From Octopus vulgaris (taxonomy: Eukaryota), in contig OX597818.1 in NCBI GenBank assembly GCA_951406725.2, positions 120,404,001 through 120,468,000 of the forward strand: DNA of 64,000 nt. Reading direction: 5' to 3'. Shown here piece by piece: positions 1-12,468 of this stretch. Both the position numbers and the translations under genes were made by a program. Position 1 is the first letter of the stretch; each line of letters begins with the position of its first letter. A model generated the notes under the pieces. That model was not told the DNA's origin. It did no database searches and worked only from the letters and a program-made list of their open reading frames with translations.

Positions 1-864
1 ACAGTCAAATGACTGAAACAAGTAAAAGAGTAAAAGAATAAACCCATTCAGGTCCTATGTGTAATGTTGAGTTTATGTTACATGCTTTAATGCACTTTGT
101 TTTCTGAATTTGTGCTACCAAAATTGGCATGCATCTAAATATTCACACGCTTCTTATGTTCCATCAAATACATTACACCCACCTTTTCTTTCTTTTGTTA
201 ACATATAATGAAGGAGTGAGCCTTGGCTGTTGTTTTTAGCAGGTCAAGTGACCTCTTAGATATTCTTTTATTGGCTTGACATGGTATAAGTTATATATCT
301 CACTGCATAATGATTGAGCATGCAATGCATGGTATAGTGCAAAGTGATGCATTGCATAGCTTATTGGAATATGCAATGATATATTGACAAAGATGGTGAT
401 CCATATATTGGAAATAAGATTAAATATTCAGCAAATTCCTCAGTCATTTGTCAGCCAATAAATGTGTATTTCAGTGTATGAAGTGTATACTATGACTCAG
501 CTAAGACCAACAAGGGAATAGAAATATCAAATGTTTCTCTTTTTACATTTCTGATACCACTTCTCCGGCTGTATTAATGCAGATTATTGCATGAGCTTTA
601 TTGGACTATATTTACTTGAAGTGTCAATATAACAAACTGCTGACATTAAAGATAATCTATTAAATGCTAATAAATGTTACATGAAGATGTCCTTCCTTGT
701 CCTCCTCTTCCTCCTCCTCCTCACTAATTCACCCACTTGGCACGCTCGTCGAGCTTTCATTTTGGAATGCTAACTTTGTATCCCACGCACCCATCCGTCT
801 GATCTTTCCTCCCCAGCATGTTGACCCTAAGGAATTAACCTCCCATATGTTTATTTTAGCCATT

Positions 865-867
<3 letters not shown>

Positions 868-908
<41 letters not shown>
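868..908. repeat. (TA)n microsatellite, representative of many (TA)n, (CA/TG)n, (TATG)n and (TAT)n tracts across the window
   Basis: Others at ~1210-1255, 4520-4640, 6975-7025, 13085-13140, 18795-18826, 25130-25270, 31672-31716, 35070-35200 and 37446-37530. Confidence 0.95.
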
Positions 909-909
<1 letters not shown>

Positions 910-1049
910 TCATCGTTTAACGTCCGCTTTCCATGATAGCGTGGGTTGGATGATTTGACTGAGGACTGGCGAACCAGATGGCTGCACCAAGCTCCAATCT
1001 TGATCTGGCAGAGTTTCTACAGCTGGATGCCCTTCCTAACACCAACCAC
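905..1049 (-). mobile_element. Family-C retroposon 3' end
   Basis: Same tail as 9300-9700, inserted next to (TA)n. Confidence 0.78.
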
Positions 1050-1203
1050 ATATATTCACACGAGGATATAGCACAAGAAATGTATTGATATGACGCTCGG
1101 AGGAAGAGAGTTGTTGTTTTACATTTCGAGCATAGCTCTTCATCGGAAATAGGAAAAAAAAGGAAGTTGGAGGGAAAATTGCTAACACTCCATGTGTGGT
1201 TAC

Positions 1204-1252
<49 letters not shown>

Positions 1253-1764
1253 CATACACACACATGATTAGCTTCGACATAGTTTCCATCGCTCAAACTC
1301 ACTCTCAAGGCACTGGTTGTCATGGGGCGGTGATAGAAGACACTTGCACATAGTGTCACACAGTGAGACTGAGCAGTAACCATTTCCAGTCCACCAGTCT
1401 TGGAAGGTCTGCAAAAATCTTGGCCCCTGCACCTTTTGCTTTATCCACTAAGACATTCAAATGAGGGGTCCTCTACATAGTTGTTGGCCTACTAGAAATA
1501 ACAGCCAAATTTGCCACCACATTACATTTTAAATGTCCAGTATGTTCTGCTTTTCTCCAGGTAGTAAATGTAAAAACATGTGTATCTTTATACTGGTGTT
1601 TTTTTATGCATGCACATTCTTGTGTGGATATCTGTATGCTTGTATTCATGCATTTTGGTGCATTTGCTGGTGTGCATGGGTGCATGATATACTGGTGCTT
1701 GATTTCTTGAACTGATTTCCTGGGTTGATAGAGTTTGTACAGAATCTTTTAGAATGAACAGTAC

Positions 1765-2005
1765 CTATTTCTTATTTCTTTATTGCCCACAAGGGGTTAA
1801 ACATAGAGGGGACAAACAAGTACAGACAAACAGATTAAGTCAATTACATCGACCCCAGTGCGTCACTGGTACTTAATTTATCAACCCCGAAAGGATGAAT
1901 GGCAAAGTCAACCTCGGCGGAATTTGAACTCAGAACGCAGCGGCGGACGAAATACCACAAAGCATTTCACCCGGCATGCTAACGTCTCTGCCAGCTCGCC
2001 GCCTT
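1765..2005 (-). mobile_element. tRNA-derived SINE family A (~235 bp)
   Basis: Minus strand: A-box (GAGCTGGCAGA), B-box (GAGTTCAAATTC), central GTCGACTTTGCCTTTCATCCTTTCGGGGTCGAT-like block, tail (AAGAAAT)n, short TSD AGTACCT. Confidence 0.85.
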
Positions 2006-3383
2006 AAGTACCTGTAAGTGAATTAGTCAGCTTTGTCAAACCCAGTATCATACTGGCTCTGCTTCGGGATTATCCTAAGGTAGAAGTTTCTGTGGTACAC
2101 TCATCCACTTAACTGTAATTCACTGAGTCAGCAATTTAATTGATAAAGCAATTTAGAATGGTTGGTTCACATTACTCTGTAAAGAGCAAAGGGCTGGTCT
2201 CTCTAGTGCAGATGTTCCTCCCTTGATGGGATGCCAGATCATAGCAGGGTTACTCATTTTACCAGCCAAGTGAACTGGAATGACGTATGAAGTGGTTTGC
2301 TTAAAAACATGATTCCTTGTCCAGGAATTGAAAGCACAATCTTATGATCCCAAGTCCATCACCCTAACCACTAAGCCATGTACTTCCACAAGCAATTAGA
2401 ATATTCATTATCGAAACCAATGTGTGACCCACTTTCTGTGTGTGTGTGTGTTATTCAATCCATATATTTTCACTGGTTTAAAATTTCTTGATTAATTTTC
2501 AGTTTTATGTCGAAAGTAGAAACATTAGATTTACACATTGATTGGTTTTTCACACCTGAGTCACATAGTTACTATGAGTTAGTGTGTGTTAATGATGCAC
2601 TCATAACTTCCGCGTCGTGCATAATGACACCTAACACACTGCATTATCACATGCATGCACCCCCCCTCTCTCTCTCCTTCTCTCTCTCATCTATCTGTCT
2701 ATCTCATTCGTATCCTGCTAATCAACTTAAAAGATAGGTTACCTCAAGGATCACAATAATCCAGTATGTAAGTGTGTATATGTATGTATGTGTGTATCAC
2801 AAACCAGTCCTAGCAATGTCATTGTAGTACAACCAAACTGGTGTTATATTGTGGTAGATTTTTACTATTCAGACCAACTGCCTCTTTGTTATGATATATA
2901 AGCAGCACATATTCAAGACACTGTATTATTTATTAATGCCTATATATGCTATATTTTACGTAGTCTGCTTTCAAAGTATAAGTTTTATACAATCTGCCTC
3001 TACGTATTATCTCTATACTTTCTGTAGTCTATATTTTACATTGTGCCTTTAGACAGTATGCTTACATACACCCTGTATTCAGGCTGTATATTCTATATGT
3101 CCTCTGTTTGAAGTGAATATATTCAATATGCCTGTGCTTTCTTTAGTTTCTATTCTTTAAAGTGTTTGTATGACTGATACAGTTATCCTACTGGCTAATT
3201 GTGTCCTCAAAATAACACAGCTGTAGTTTTTTACATGAAAGAATGTCTGTCTTCCCTTATCTGCCAGGTCATGGTAAATCATCTCTTTCTATTTCTTTCA
3301 TTTAAAAATGTTTCTACTTAAAGCAAAATCTAATGGCTCCATTTTACTGTTCTTTAAACTAGATGAATAGGAAATATATTATA

Positions 3384-3571
3384 TATTTCTTTACTACCCA
3401 CAAGGGGCTAAACATAGAGGGGACAAACAAGGACAGACAAACGGATTAAGTCGATTACATTGACCCCAGTGCATAACTAGTACTTAATTTATCGACCCCA
3501 AAAGATGAAAGGCAAAGTCGACCTCGGCAGAATTTGAACCCAGAACGTAACGGCAGACGAAATACGGCTAC
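3384..3571 (-). mobile_element. SINE family A, 5'-truncated
   Basis: Matches the body and tail of the other family-A copies. Confidence 0.8.
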
Positions 3572-3572
3572 T

Positions 3573-4238
3573 CAACCCTTTTCATACCAACTTGCCCAAG
3601 ACCACTTTTGATTTTAGGATACAAACTTCATGTTTTAACCCTTTCATTACCAACCTGGCTGAAACCGCCTTGGTCTCTGTAGTACAAATATCTTGTTTTC
3701 ATAAGTTTTGAATTAAAATCTTCCAAACCTTAGTCACAATTTATGTTCCTAATACTAGCTTAATAATAACTAGGTTATTTAACTAAATTCTTTGTTATAT
3801 TTAGAATTAATTGAAAGAAACACAGAGCATCTTAACAGAAATATGGTAACATAAGGGTTAACAAATGATTAATTTAACCCTTTCAATATCAACCCACCTC
3901 TGGCTCTGTAGTACAAATGTCTTGTTTTCATAAATTGTTTTCCACCAAACCTTAGTTATCATTCAGCTAATGTTAGGAACATAAATTGTAACTAAATTAT
4001 TTTACTAAATTCTTGGTTATATTTAAGATAATTGAAAGAAACACAGAGCATCTCAAAATAAAAACGGTAATGAAGAGGTTGGAGTGACCTAAACCAAAAC
4101 CTATCGTCAAAATATTAATTTTGTTCCAAACACCAGATTAAAAATGACAAGGCTGTTTTAGTAAATTCTTCCTTATACTTAAAATGAATTGAATCAAAGA
4201 CTGTCTTCTAATGGAAGTATGGTAATGAAAGGAGTTAA
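3573..4238. mobile_element. Older TTAA-type MITE interrupted by two younger piggyBac-like MITEs (3635-3861 and 3874-4080)
   Basis: Inner copies are bounded by TTAA-CCCTTTC...GGG-TTAA (the second copy's right end is degenerate). The outer halves rejoin into a diverged relative of the same family. Confidence 0.75.
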
Positions 4239-4387
4239 TGCATTAAGAACTTTTCTTGAAAAGACACTGCTGAAACTGGGCAGTGTCTAATATGCCTTTG
4301 TATCTTTTATGCCATCAACAATGGAATATAATTTGATTGAATTAAACATTAATACATGTTAGATACTTATCAAACATGACTCTAGAG

Positions 4388-4807
4388 CAGTGTTTCTCAA
4401 ACATTTTTACTCTTGCGTAACCCTTAAAATAAATTACATGTCTCAAGGAACCCCTGCACAAAAAAAATTATATACCATATCTTCCTCATATTTTTTCATT
4501 GCAGTTCACGTGATAAATATTGTGTGTATGTATGTATGTATGTGTGTGTGTGTGTGTCTGTGTGTGTGTGTGTGTGTCTCTCTCTCTGTGTGTGTATGTC
4601 TGTGTGTAGGTCTCTGTGTCTGTGTGTGTCTCTGTGTGTGACTGTTTATACATGTATATAATGTATGTAGATGCACATATAATGTGCATGTATAGTAATT
4701 TTATGATCATAAAATTAGCATTAGCTCATCTCACTCTTTCCTGCAGAACCCCTAGGAACTTTTTGTGGAACCTTAGGGTTCTGGGGAACCCCAGTTGAGA
4801 AACACTG
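4388..4807. mobile_element. hAT (Charlie-like) non-autonomous DNA transposon
   Basis: TIRs CAGTGTTTCTCAA...TTGAGAAACACTG, perfect 8-bp TSD CTCTAGAG (4380-87 and 4808-15), internal (TG)n tract. Confidence 0.9.
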
Positions 4808-5289
4808 CTCTAGAGAAATGTAAAAAGCAAAGTTGGTTCAGCAGAATTTGAACTCGGGACCTAATACTTCAAATCATATCACTTTGTAATTTTTACCATG
4901 CCACCACATCTTTCTCTAAACCTGAATGTCTTTTATCATAAGTCTGGTAGATCAAGGCTGACTAGGTACTCGTAACCACCACCACCACCACCACTAGCAC
5001 CTTAACTATAAATGTTAACTTAATTTTATCAATATAAATAAACTTAGACAAGAAGATTGAAGTCTCAAAAACTGCATAACAAGACCTGTGAAAGGCGGTT
5101 ACTGTTCATCGGACATATTTAGGTCAGTTGTCCATCCAGTTGTTTTTTCTCTTTTCTCATTGTTAAAAGATAGTCACAGCTGGCCAAGTTGAAAGGGTGT
5201 TATTGTATAACTAAAGAGGTTGTTGGTTTGTGTTCTGTCACTACTGATCCCGTGTGTTTGAGTATATATGTGTCAATATTCTGATACAT

Positions 5290-5650
5290 GTCATCATCAT
5301 CATCATTGTTCGACCGTGGTCGAGACACTGGAATTTACTATGCTATGCCTGACTTCAAGGTCCATCATAGCATTACAGAGGTCCTGTTGCTGGATGCCTG
5401 TATCCCTGGAGATTACATCGGGGTAGGAGAGTCTGCGCCCTCTGGTATCTCGAGCAGATGGCTTCCAGAGGAGAAGAGCAGAAATTACCTTGTTTTCAGC
5501 TCTACAACAATGTCCAGCAAACTGGACTCTTCTACCTTTCACAAGAGATGATACAGGTGGTAGTTTCCCATATATTTATACTTTGGTTGGAAGTTGCTTC
5601 CACGAGAGATTTTGAGCTCTCATAAGGAGGCGAGCGTAAGTTCTATCCAA
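5290..5650 (-). mobile_element. 3' end of an RTE-clade non-LTR retrotransposon with (TGA)n tail
   Basis: Minus strand reads RRLDRTYARLLMRAQNLSWKQLPTKV*IYGKLPPVSSLVKGRRVQFAGHCCR...LLLWKP...GRRLSYPDVISRDTG, matching the post-RT C-terminus of RTE-type ORFs (RRLxFAGH...GRP). The stop is followed directly by TGATGATGA. Confidence 0.8.
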
Positions 5651-5826
5651 CCGCCTGATACATGTAGGATGCATCCCAGCTACCACAGTGTATGACAGCT
5701 CAATGCTGCAAACAACAGTAGCATTGTAAAGTGGTGTGCTTTGATTCCTTGAAATACAGCTTGGGCTGTAGTAAGAAATGCTCACAACACAATACTACTA
5801 AGACAGGGAACCTCTATATATATAAA

Positions 5827-6052
5827 GGGTGGCAAGCTGGCAGAAATGTTAGCACGCCGGGCGAAATGCATAGCCGTATTTCGTCTGCCGTTACGTTCTG
5901 AGTTCAAATTCCGCCAAGGTCGACTTTGCCTTTCATCCTTTTGGGGTCGATAAATAAAGTACCAGTTTTGCACTGGGTTCGATGTAATCGACTTAATCCA
6001 TTTGTCTGTCCTTGTTTGTCCCCTCTGTGTTTAGCCCTTTGTGGGCAATAAA
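5827..6052 (+). mobile_element. SINE family A
   Basis: Full-length match with A and B boxes. Confidence 0.85.
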
Positions 6053-7290
6053 GAGCCTGCTAGAAATAGCAACCGAATCTCCCTCATATCATTCAGTTCA
6101 AATAGAGTATATTAGATTATGTTGTACTGAGGGAATGCTGTATCTGAAAGCAATATCTGGTGTGATGTTTGAGATTGGAATGATGTTGATCATTAGGCTG
6201 TTCGGTTAAATCAGTCCCGGGGTTAAAGAACAGCTATTGTTTACCTTTACTTTTACTGGTTTCAGTCACTGGACTGCAGCCATGCTGGGGCACTTCTCTG
6301 TAAGGTTTAGTCAAACAAATCAACCCCAGTATTTATACTTTTAATTCTGGTACTTATTTTGTTAGTCTCTTTAGTTGAACCACTAAGTTGTAAGGACATA
6401 AAGAAACCAACACTGGTTTTCAACTGGTGGTAGGGACGAATACAAAGACTTGCATATATACGACTAGTTTCTACACAGTTTCTGTCTACCAAATCCACTC
6501 ATAAGGCTTTGGTCAGCCCAGGACTATAGATGATACTTGCTCAAGGTATTATGCAGTGGGACTGAACCCAGAACCACATAGTTACAAAGTAACCTTAACC
6601 ACACAGCCATGTCTGTGTCTCAATCAAGACAAATTTGAAAAATAAATTTTCATGCTCAGAAAGGGATTGAACCTAATTCTCTTGACTCAGATGTCTGTTT
6701 TACTGGCCTGGTTTTTTATTTTCTTGCCTTTCCTCTGCAGTTTGGTTAATGCTGTCTACACTTCATTCTCCATTTTTTCTCTTTCACACCCCTCTCCAAC
6801 TCCTCCTATGTCACCCCCACAATCCTCTCTGCCACCCATCCACCCTCAAGCCTACATGCTAATCACTCTCATCCTGTAAGTCTCATAAATAATCCAGTTT
6901 TCACTTTTTCTCTTCACTGGGAATCAATTATGTTAATCTACAAATGAAACAAATGACTGGCTAAGGTCATTAATCTATTATTATTATTTTTATTATTATT
7001 ATTATTATCATTATTATTATTATTGTTGTTGTTATTTCTGTTTTTAGTGTTTATAGCTTCTATTACACTTTCAGCCATAACTTGTGTCTACTTCCACAAT
7101 GTTATAAACTGTTACAGCCACTTAACAAGGTCACATCCCCCCATCCAAAATATATATAAAAAAAATTCGTTTGTACTTGATCTATATTTCAGTTGTTCTA
7201 CTTTGTCTGCGTTTTCTGAAGGCAATGATAAAGTTTCCTGTTCATACACATCTGATGAATTTGTTTGCTCTAACATCTGGTAGGCAATGG

Positions 7291-7535
7291 TGGAGGTGCG
7301 TGGCTTAGTGGTTAGGGTGTTGAACTCATGATCGTAAGGTTGTTGTTTCGATTCCTGGACCGGGCGATGTGTTGTGTTCTTGAGCAAAACACTTCATTTT
7401 CACGTTGCTCCAGACCACTCAGCTGGTAAAAATGAGTAACGCTGAGATGGACTGGCGTCCCATCCAGGTGGGGAATTTCTACGCCACTGAAACCAGGAAA
7501 CCGGCCCTTATGAGCCTGGCATGGCTTGAGAAAGA
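7291..7535 (+). mobile_element. tRNA-derived SINE family F
   Basis: A-box TGGCTTAGTGG, B-box-like GTTTCGATTCC, block GATGGACTGGCGTCCC, TSD TAGGCAATGG (7281-90 and 7536-45). Degenerate relatives at ~2180-2390 (-) and 27156-27460 (+). Confidence 0.82.
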
Positions 7536-9299
7536 TAGGCAATGGGTCAATTAATTATTATCATTAACAGCAAAAACTATTGCTGCATAAACTCCATAAA
7601 TCAGCTATTCATTCATAATTCCAGATCTTCTGCAATGACAAAAGTTAATGTTAAAACTCTTATGTTATTACATAATCTTGTTGGAAATTAGTAGCTAAGT
7701 CACCTTCAGATCATATGTTACCATCATCAAAAAGGAAGGACACTTTGGATACTAGAGTCCTGAGAAAAAAAGACACATTTTAAAGCTAGAATATGAATGA
7801 TAATAGTTCTGCAGAATCAGGGTAACTTGGATTTAAATAATAATAATAATCCTTTCTACTAAAGGCACAAGGCCTGAAATTTGATAATTTTGTCTTTGAG
7901 ATATATTATGTTTAAAAAAAAAACCCAAAAAGATAGAAGGGTCTGATGATATATATATATATGTGTGTGTGTTTGTGTGTCTGTGTTTGTACCTTCACCA
8001 TCACTTAACAACTGATGTTGGTGTGTTTACATCCCTGTAACTTAGCAGTTCAGCAAAAGAGACTGATAGAATAAGTACTAGGCTTACAAAGAATAAATCC
8101 TGGGGTTGATTTCTTTGACTAAAGGTGGTGCTCCAGCATGGCTGCAGTCAAATGACTGAAACAAATAAAATAATATATATATAATCTGCTACAGCAACAC
8201 CTGCTTTTCTGAATGAACATTTAATGCATGCACACACCTACCCCTGTGTTCTTGAGGTCATCTGTACTGTGTCTTAACAACCTAACACACTGCTAGACAT
8301 CTTTCTGCTTACCTTGAAATGTAGCTTACAGAAGTTCCAACTTGATCATTAATCACATTAATCTTCTCAATCTTATAGAACTTCTAAAGGTCAAAGCAAC
8401 CCGCCTCTTCACTAAATATTAATATCTAAAAAGACAAACCAAACTCTCTATTTAGAATACAAGTACTTTATTGTTGACCCAATTCACTAAGATCATGCTG
8501 GTGTTTCATATTACCTGTCACCTCTACCACCAACAACATTGCTTGAATGACATATATCAAAAGTGTAATACAGAACAGAATGTTCGGAATGATCACCACT
8601 GATCCAATAACCCATTGATCATAAGATGCTCTATTTGTGACTAACCCATTTATTATTTTTTTATATAATTATAGTGCATCTAGGATTATGTTTTTGCAGT
8701 GTGTCTATCATTTTGAAAAATTGTTAGGTGTGATATGAGCAAAATTTGGCTTCTATTTTTAGCATATTTAATGACCATGCAGAATACCTATTATTGGTTT
8801 GTGTGTTGTGTAAATCATTGGCTGATTTCAAGCAACAAACCTGTCTTAGCTTGTTGGTTGAAAGCTGTCTATGGCCAACATTTAGAGCTGCTTGATAAAT
8901 GAGGTGGGTGTAGAGACAGATTCCTTGTTCTGACCCCATAATTCAATACTTCACCTGGACCATTTTTTTTAAAGGTCCAACCCATGCCAGCATGGAAGAT
9001 TGACACTAGATAAAGATGATAATTGGCTGTGTAACAAGAAGCTTACTTCCCAACCACATGTTTCCAGGTTCAGTACCACTGTGTGGCACCTTGGGTGAAT
9101 GTCTTCTAGTCTTCTACTAGAGCCCCAGCCAAAGCCTTGAATGGATATGGTCAACAGAATCTGAAAGAAGTGTGTGTGTGTGTGTGTAATGTCTGTGTCT
9201 CTTTGTGTATGTGTATATCCACCATCACTGCTTGACAACTAGTGTTGCTTTATCTCCCTGTAACTTAATGGTTTGCCAAAAGAGACATAGAATATGAGG

Positions 9300-9700
9300 T
9301 ATCATCATCATCATCATCGTTTAACGTCCGTTTTCCATGCTAGCATGGATTGGGCGGTTTGACTGGGGTCTGGGAAGCCAGGAGGCTGCACCAGGCTCCA
9401 GTCTGATCTGGCAGTGTTTCTACAGCTGGATGCCCTTCCTAATGCCAACCACTCCGTGAGTGTAGTGGGTGCTTTTTACGTGCCAGGGGAGGCTGGCAAC
9501 ATCCATGATCGGTTGGTGCTTTTTACGTACCACTGGCATGGGAGCCAGTCAAGGTGGTGCTGGCATCAAACACGTATGGATGGTGCTTTTTACGTGCCAC
9601 AGGCACAGGTGCCTGGGGAGGCTGGTAACGGCCACGGTCGGTAGATGCTTTTTACGTGCCACCAGCATGGAAGCCAGTCAAGGTGGTGCTGGCATTGGTG
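9300..9700 (-). mobile_element. Family-C retroposon with tandem internal modules and (GAT)n tail
   Basis: Minus strand ends ...AGGAAGGGCATCCAGCTGTAGAAA...CATGCTAGCATGGAAAACGGACGTTAAACGATGATGATG. The module GGCACGTAAAAAGCACC occurs 4 times. Confidence 0.8.
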
Positions 9701-9738
9701 CTATAAAAACAAAACTACAACATGTACCAATTTGGCAT

Positions 9739-10472
9739 TTAATCTCCTTCAAAGTAGTCCTCTTTGGAAGCCACACACTTAATCCAGCACTGTTTCCATT
9801 GATAGAAGTATTCCTGAAACTTGTTTTCTGGGATAATCTCCATTTGCTTCATTGCATTCACTTTGATTTCTTTGACATCCTGAAATCTTCTTCCTTTCAA
9901 GTGGGATTTGATTTTTGGAAAGAGGAAAAAGTCACAAGCAGTGAGAACTGGGGAATACGGTGACTATCAGCCCTGGGGGATGCTGTCCCTAGTCAAAAAC
10001 TGCTGTACAAGCTGCGCTGAATGAGCACGTGCATTGTCTTGGTGTAATTGTCATTCACCACATGCATGCAACTGTGGCCTTTTCTGATGAACAGCATCCC
10101 AGAAACACCACAAAACATCATGATAGTACATAGTATTCCTTGTTTACTGTCTGACTAGGTGGAGCATACTCATGATGAACAATCCACTTGTAGTCAAAGA
10201 AAACAGCCAACAGTTTGTGCTTTCTTCAGTCTCTGGGCGGTTGGGGTCTTCCACTGTAAAGACTGAGCCTGTGTTTTGGGGTCATAACCATAGACCCACG
10301 ATTCATCACTCATTATGACCATTTTCAATAAGTTTTCATGATTCTCGACTCAGTCAAGGAGATCTTGTGCAACTGAAACCTGAGTGTCTTTTTGGTCAGC
10401 TAAAAGCAGTTTTGGCACAAACCTGGTAGACACACATTTCATACCGAAATCTTCAATGATAATGGACTGAAG
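9739..10472 (-). pseudogene. Decayed Tc1/mariner (mariner-type) transposase
   Basis: Minus-strand translation across frames gives VSTRFVPKLL (WVPxxL-like), IMSDESWVYGYDPKT (first catalytic D), QDNARAH (HDNA motif) and PYSPVLTACDFFLFPKIKSHLKGRRF...WIKCVASKEDYFEGD*. Frameshifts, stops and deletions are present. Confidence 0.88.
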
Positions 10473-11623
10473 AACAGTCCATTACATTAAATGATGATAA
10501 TGCTGATGATAATCATCCTCAGTTGTTTAGCTTCAAGACAGCTCTGATGTGGGTTTATCTATCATCAGACATTCCATCTGTGACTATTCTATCTTTTGGG
10601 GTTTTTTTTTTTTAGACGTAATATATCTCAAAGACTAAATTATCCAATATGTTAATTTTTTTTTTTTAAGAAGGTAGCATGTGACTTGGCAGCAAGCCGA
10701 GTGCCCCCCCCCCCCCAGTTCCGTTGTTGCTGCTTCATTTTCTCTGAAATAGTTATTGATTCTGTTGTGTTCTGATATTAAATGACAGCCCATCTCTTTC
10801 CCTTCTTTTATTCACACCAAAATCTTAGCTTTCATTTCAGATTAAGCTTTCAAAGATCACTTAAGAAAAAAACAAAAAAAACAAACAAAACAAAACAAAC
10901 AACAATGCAAAAAGATGTGTTGGTGATTGAGATAATTAATTTTTAATTAAGATTATTTCGTTAAGGTACACCATATTTCTGTTCACTATAAAAGTGAGTG
11001 TTAGTAATCTTGTTTGGTTGGTTTCTTCTAAAATGACCTGGCTTCATTTTTGGACTCTGTTTCACTCTTATTTATAGCTAATTGTTTAAATGGTGACATT
11101 AACCTGTTCACTCATGCTCACTTGATGACACAGACTCATAGACTGACATACACTTTCTCTCACTCATTCCCTATATCATTCTCTCTTTGTCTTTCATATG
11201 CTCTTTCTCCTGTTCTCCCCTCCTCTCTCTCTCTCAGTAGAGGAATGTGGTTGATATGCAGGTGTTTGATTGCAATTATTCTGTTAAAACAGTCAATATC
11301 TAAAGCAGGATTGTCTGCATATTGCCCTTCTCTGTCCTAAGCCCCACTCCTTTAAAACACACCTCTTAAAGAGTATTTACTGTAGTTTAACTGTCAATGC
11401 TGTGAGTGAGAGAAGTAGATTAACCATTCTAATCCTTTCTGTCTTTGGTGGTATAACTTATCTTTAGATTCTGAGGGTAACTTTGAAGCCCTTTCCAAAT
11501 TAATTAGAGGCAGCCAGGCATATATATCACTTAGTTTGTTGAGCTTCCTTACCAGAATTATGAGGTTGATGTGACTTCTGATGTTAATCTCAGGTTATGT
11601 TTGAGCAGTTCTATGGTCTAAGG

Positions 11624-12021
11624 CAACGTTTCTCAAGCAGGGTTCCCTAGAACCCTAGGGTTTCACGAAAGATTCCTAGGGGTTCTGCGAGAAAGAGCAA
11701 GTTAAGCTAATGCTAATTTCATGATCGTAATATTGCTATACATGCACATTATATGTGCATATACATACAACATATATATATATATGATAATAATAATTTG
11801 AGGGAATATTATTCCAAACTTACAGGGAAAAATTCAATTTAGAAATACTATTTTGAATTGATAAAGGGTGGGTTTTTTCTAATATATATATAAACCACGT
11901 GAGCTAGGATGAAAAAAAAAAGTGAGAAAGATATGGTATAATTTTTTTTTGTGCAGGGGTTCCTTGAGACTTGTAATTTATTTTAAGGGTTATGCAAGGG
12001 TAAAAAGGTTGAGAAACACTG
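11624..12021. mobile_element. Second copy of the same hAT MITE, opposite orientation
   Basis: TIRs CAACGTTTCTCAA...TTGAGAAACACTG, 8-bp TSD GTCTAAGG (11616-23 and 12022-29). The body is the reverse complement of 4388-4807 with an extra internal segment around 11785-11900. Confidence 0.88.
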
Positions 12022-12468
12022 GTCTAAGGTGTTCTAACCATGACTACTACATCTGTCTATATATCTAGGACTCTATTATCCAATGTCATTCCTTCTCAAA
12101 GGATGTATGGGGTGATTTCAGGAAGATTTAGCTGCTAATTCTTGCTGGCTGTGTGCTGCATTTAGGTTTCTTTACTGGTATGTGTGGGATTGGAGGAAAA
12201 AATGCTGTGTATTCATTGTTAGGTGTGTCACTTTATGGAGACATTTTTGTTCAGTGACAAAGTTAAGGAAGATGAGAAAAACTTGAATGATGAATTGATC
12301 TCTGAATAAGACAGACTGGTCTATCGTAGGTAGGTAACCTTTCTCACTGGAGGCATAAAATAAAGATCTTCAAACTGATGCTTCACTCATCAGCACAGCT
12401 GCTACACATTGTGGTGAATAAATTCACTTTATAGTACTAATTTACTACTAAGTGAACCTGGTTGACTA

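Noticed and set aside
7291-7365. tRNA genes at SINE heads (also 41458 and the heads of families A and B)
   Set aside because: A and B boxes are present, but there is no intact cloverleaf and each continues into a SINE body with a TSD.
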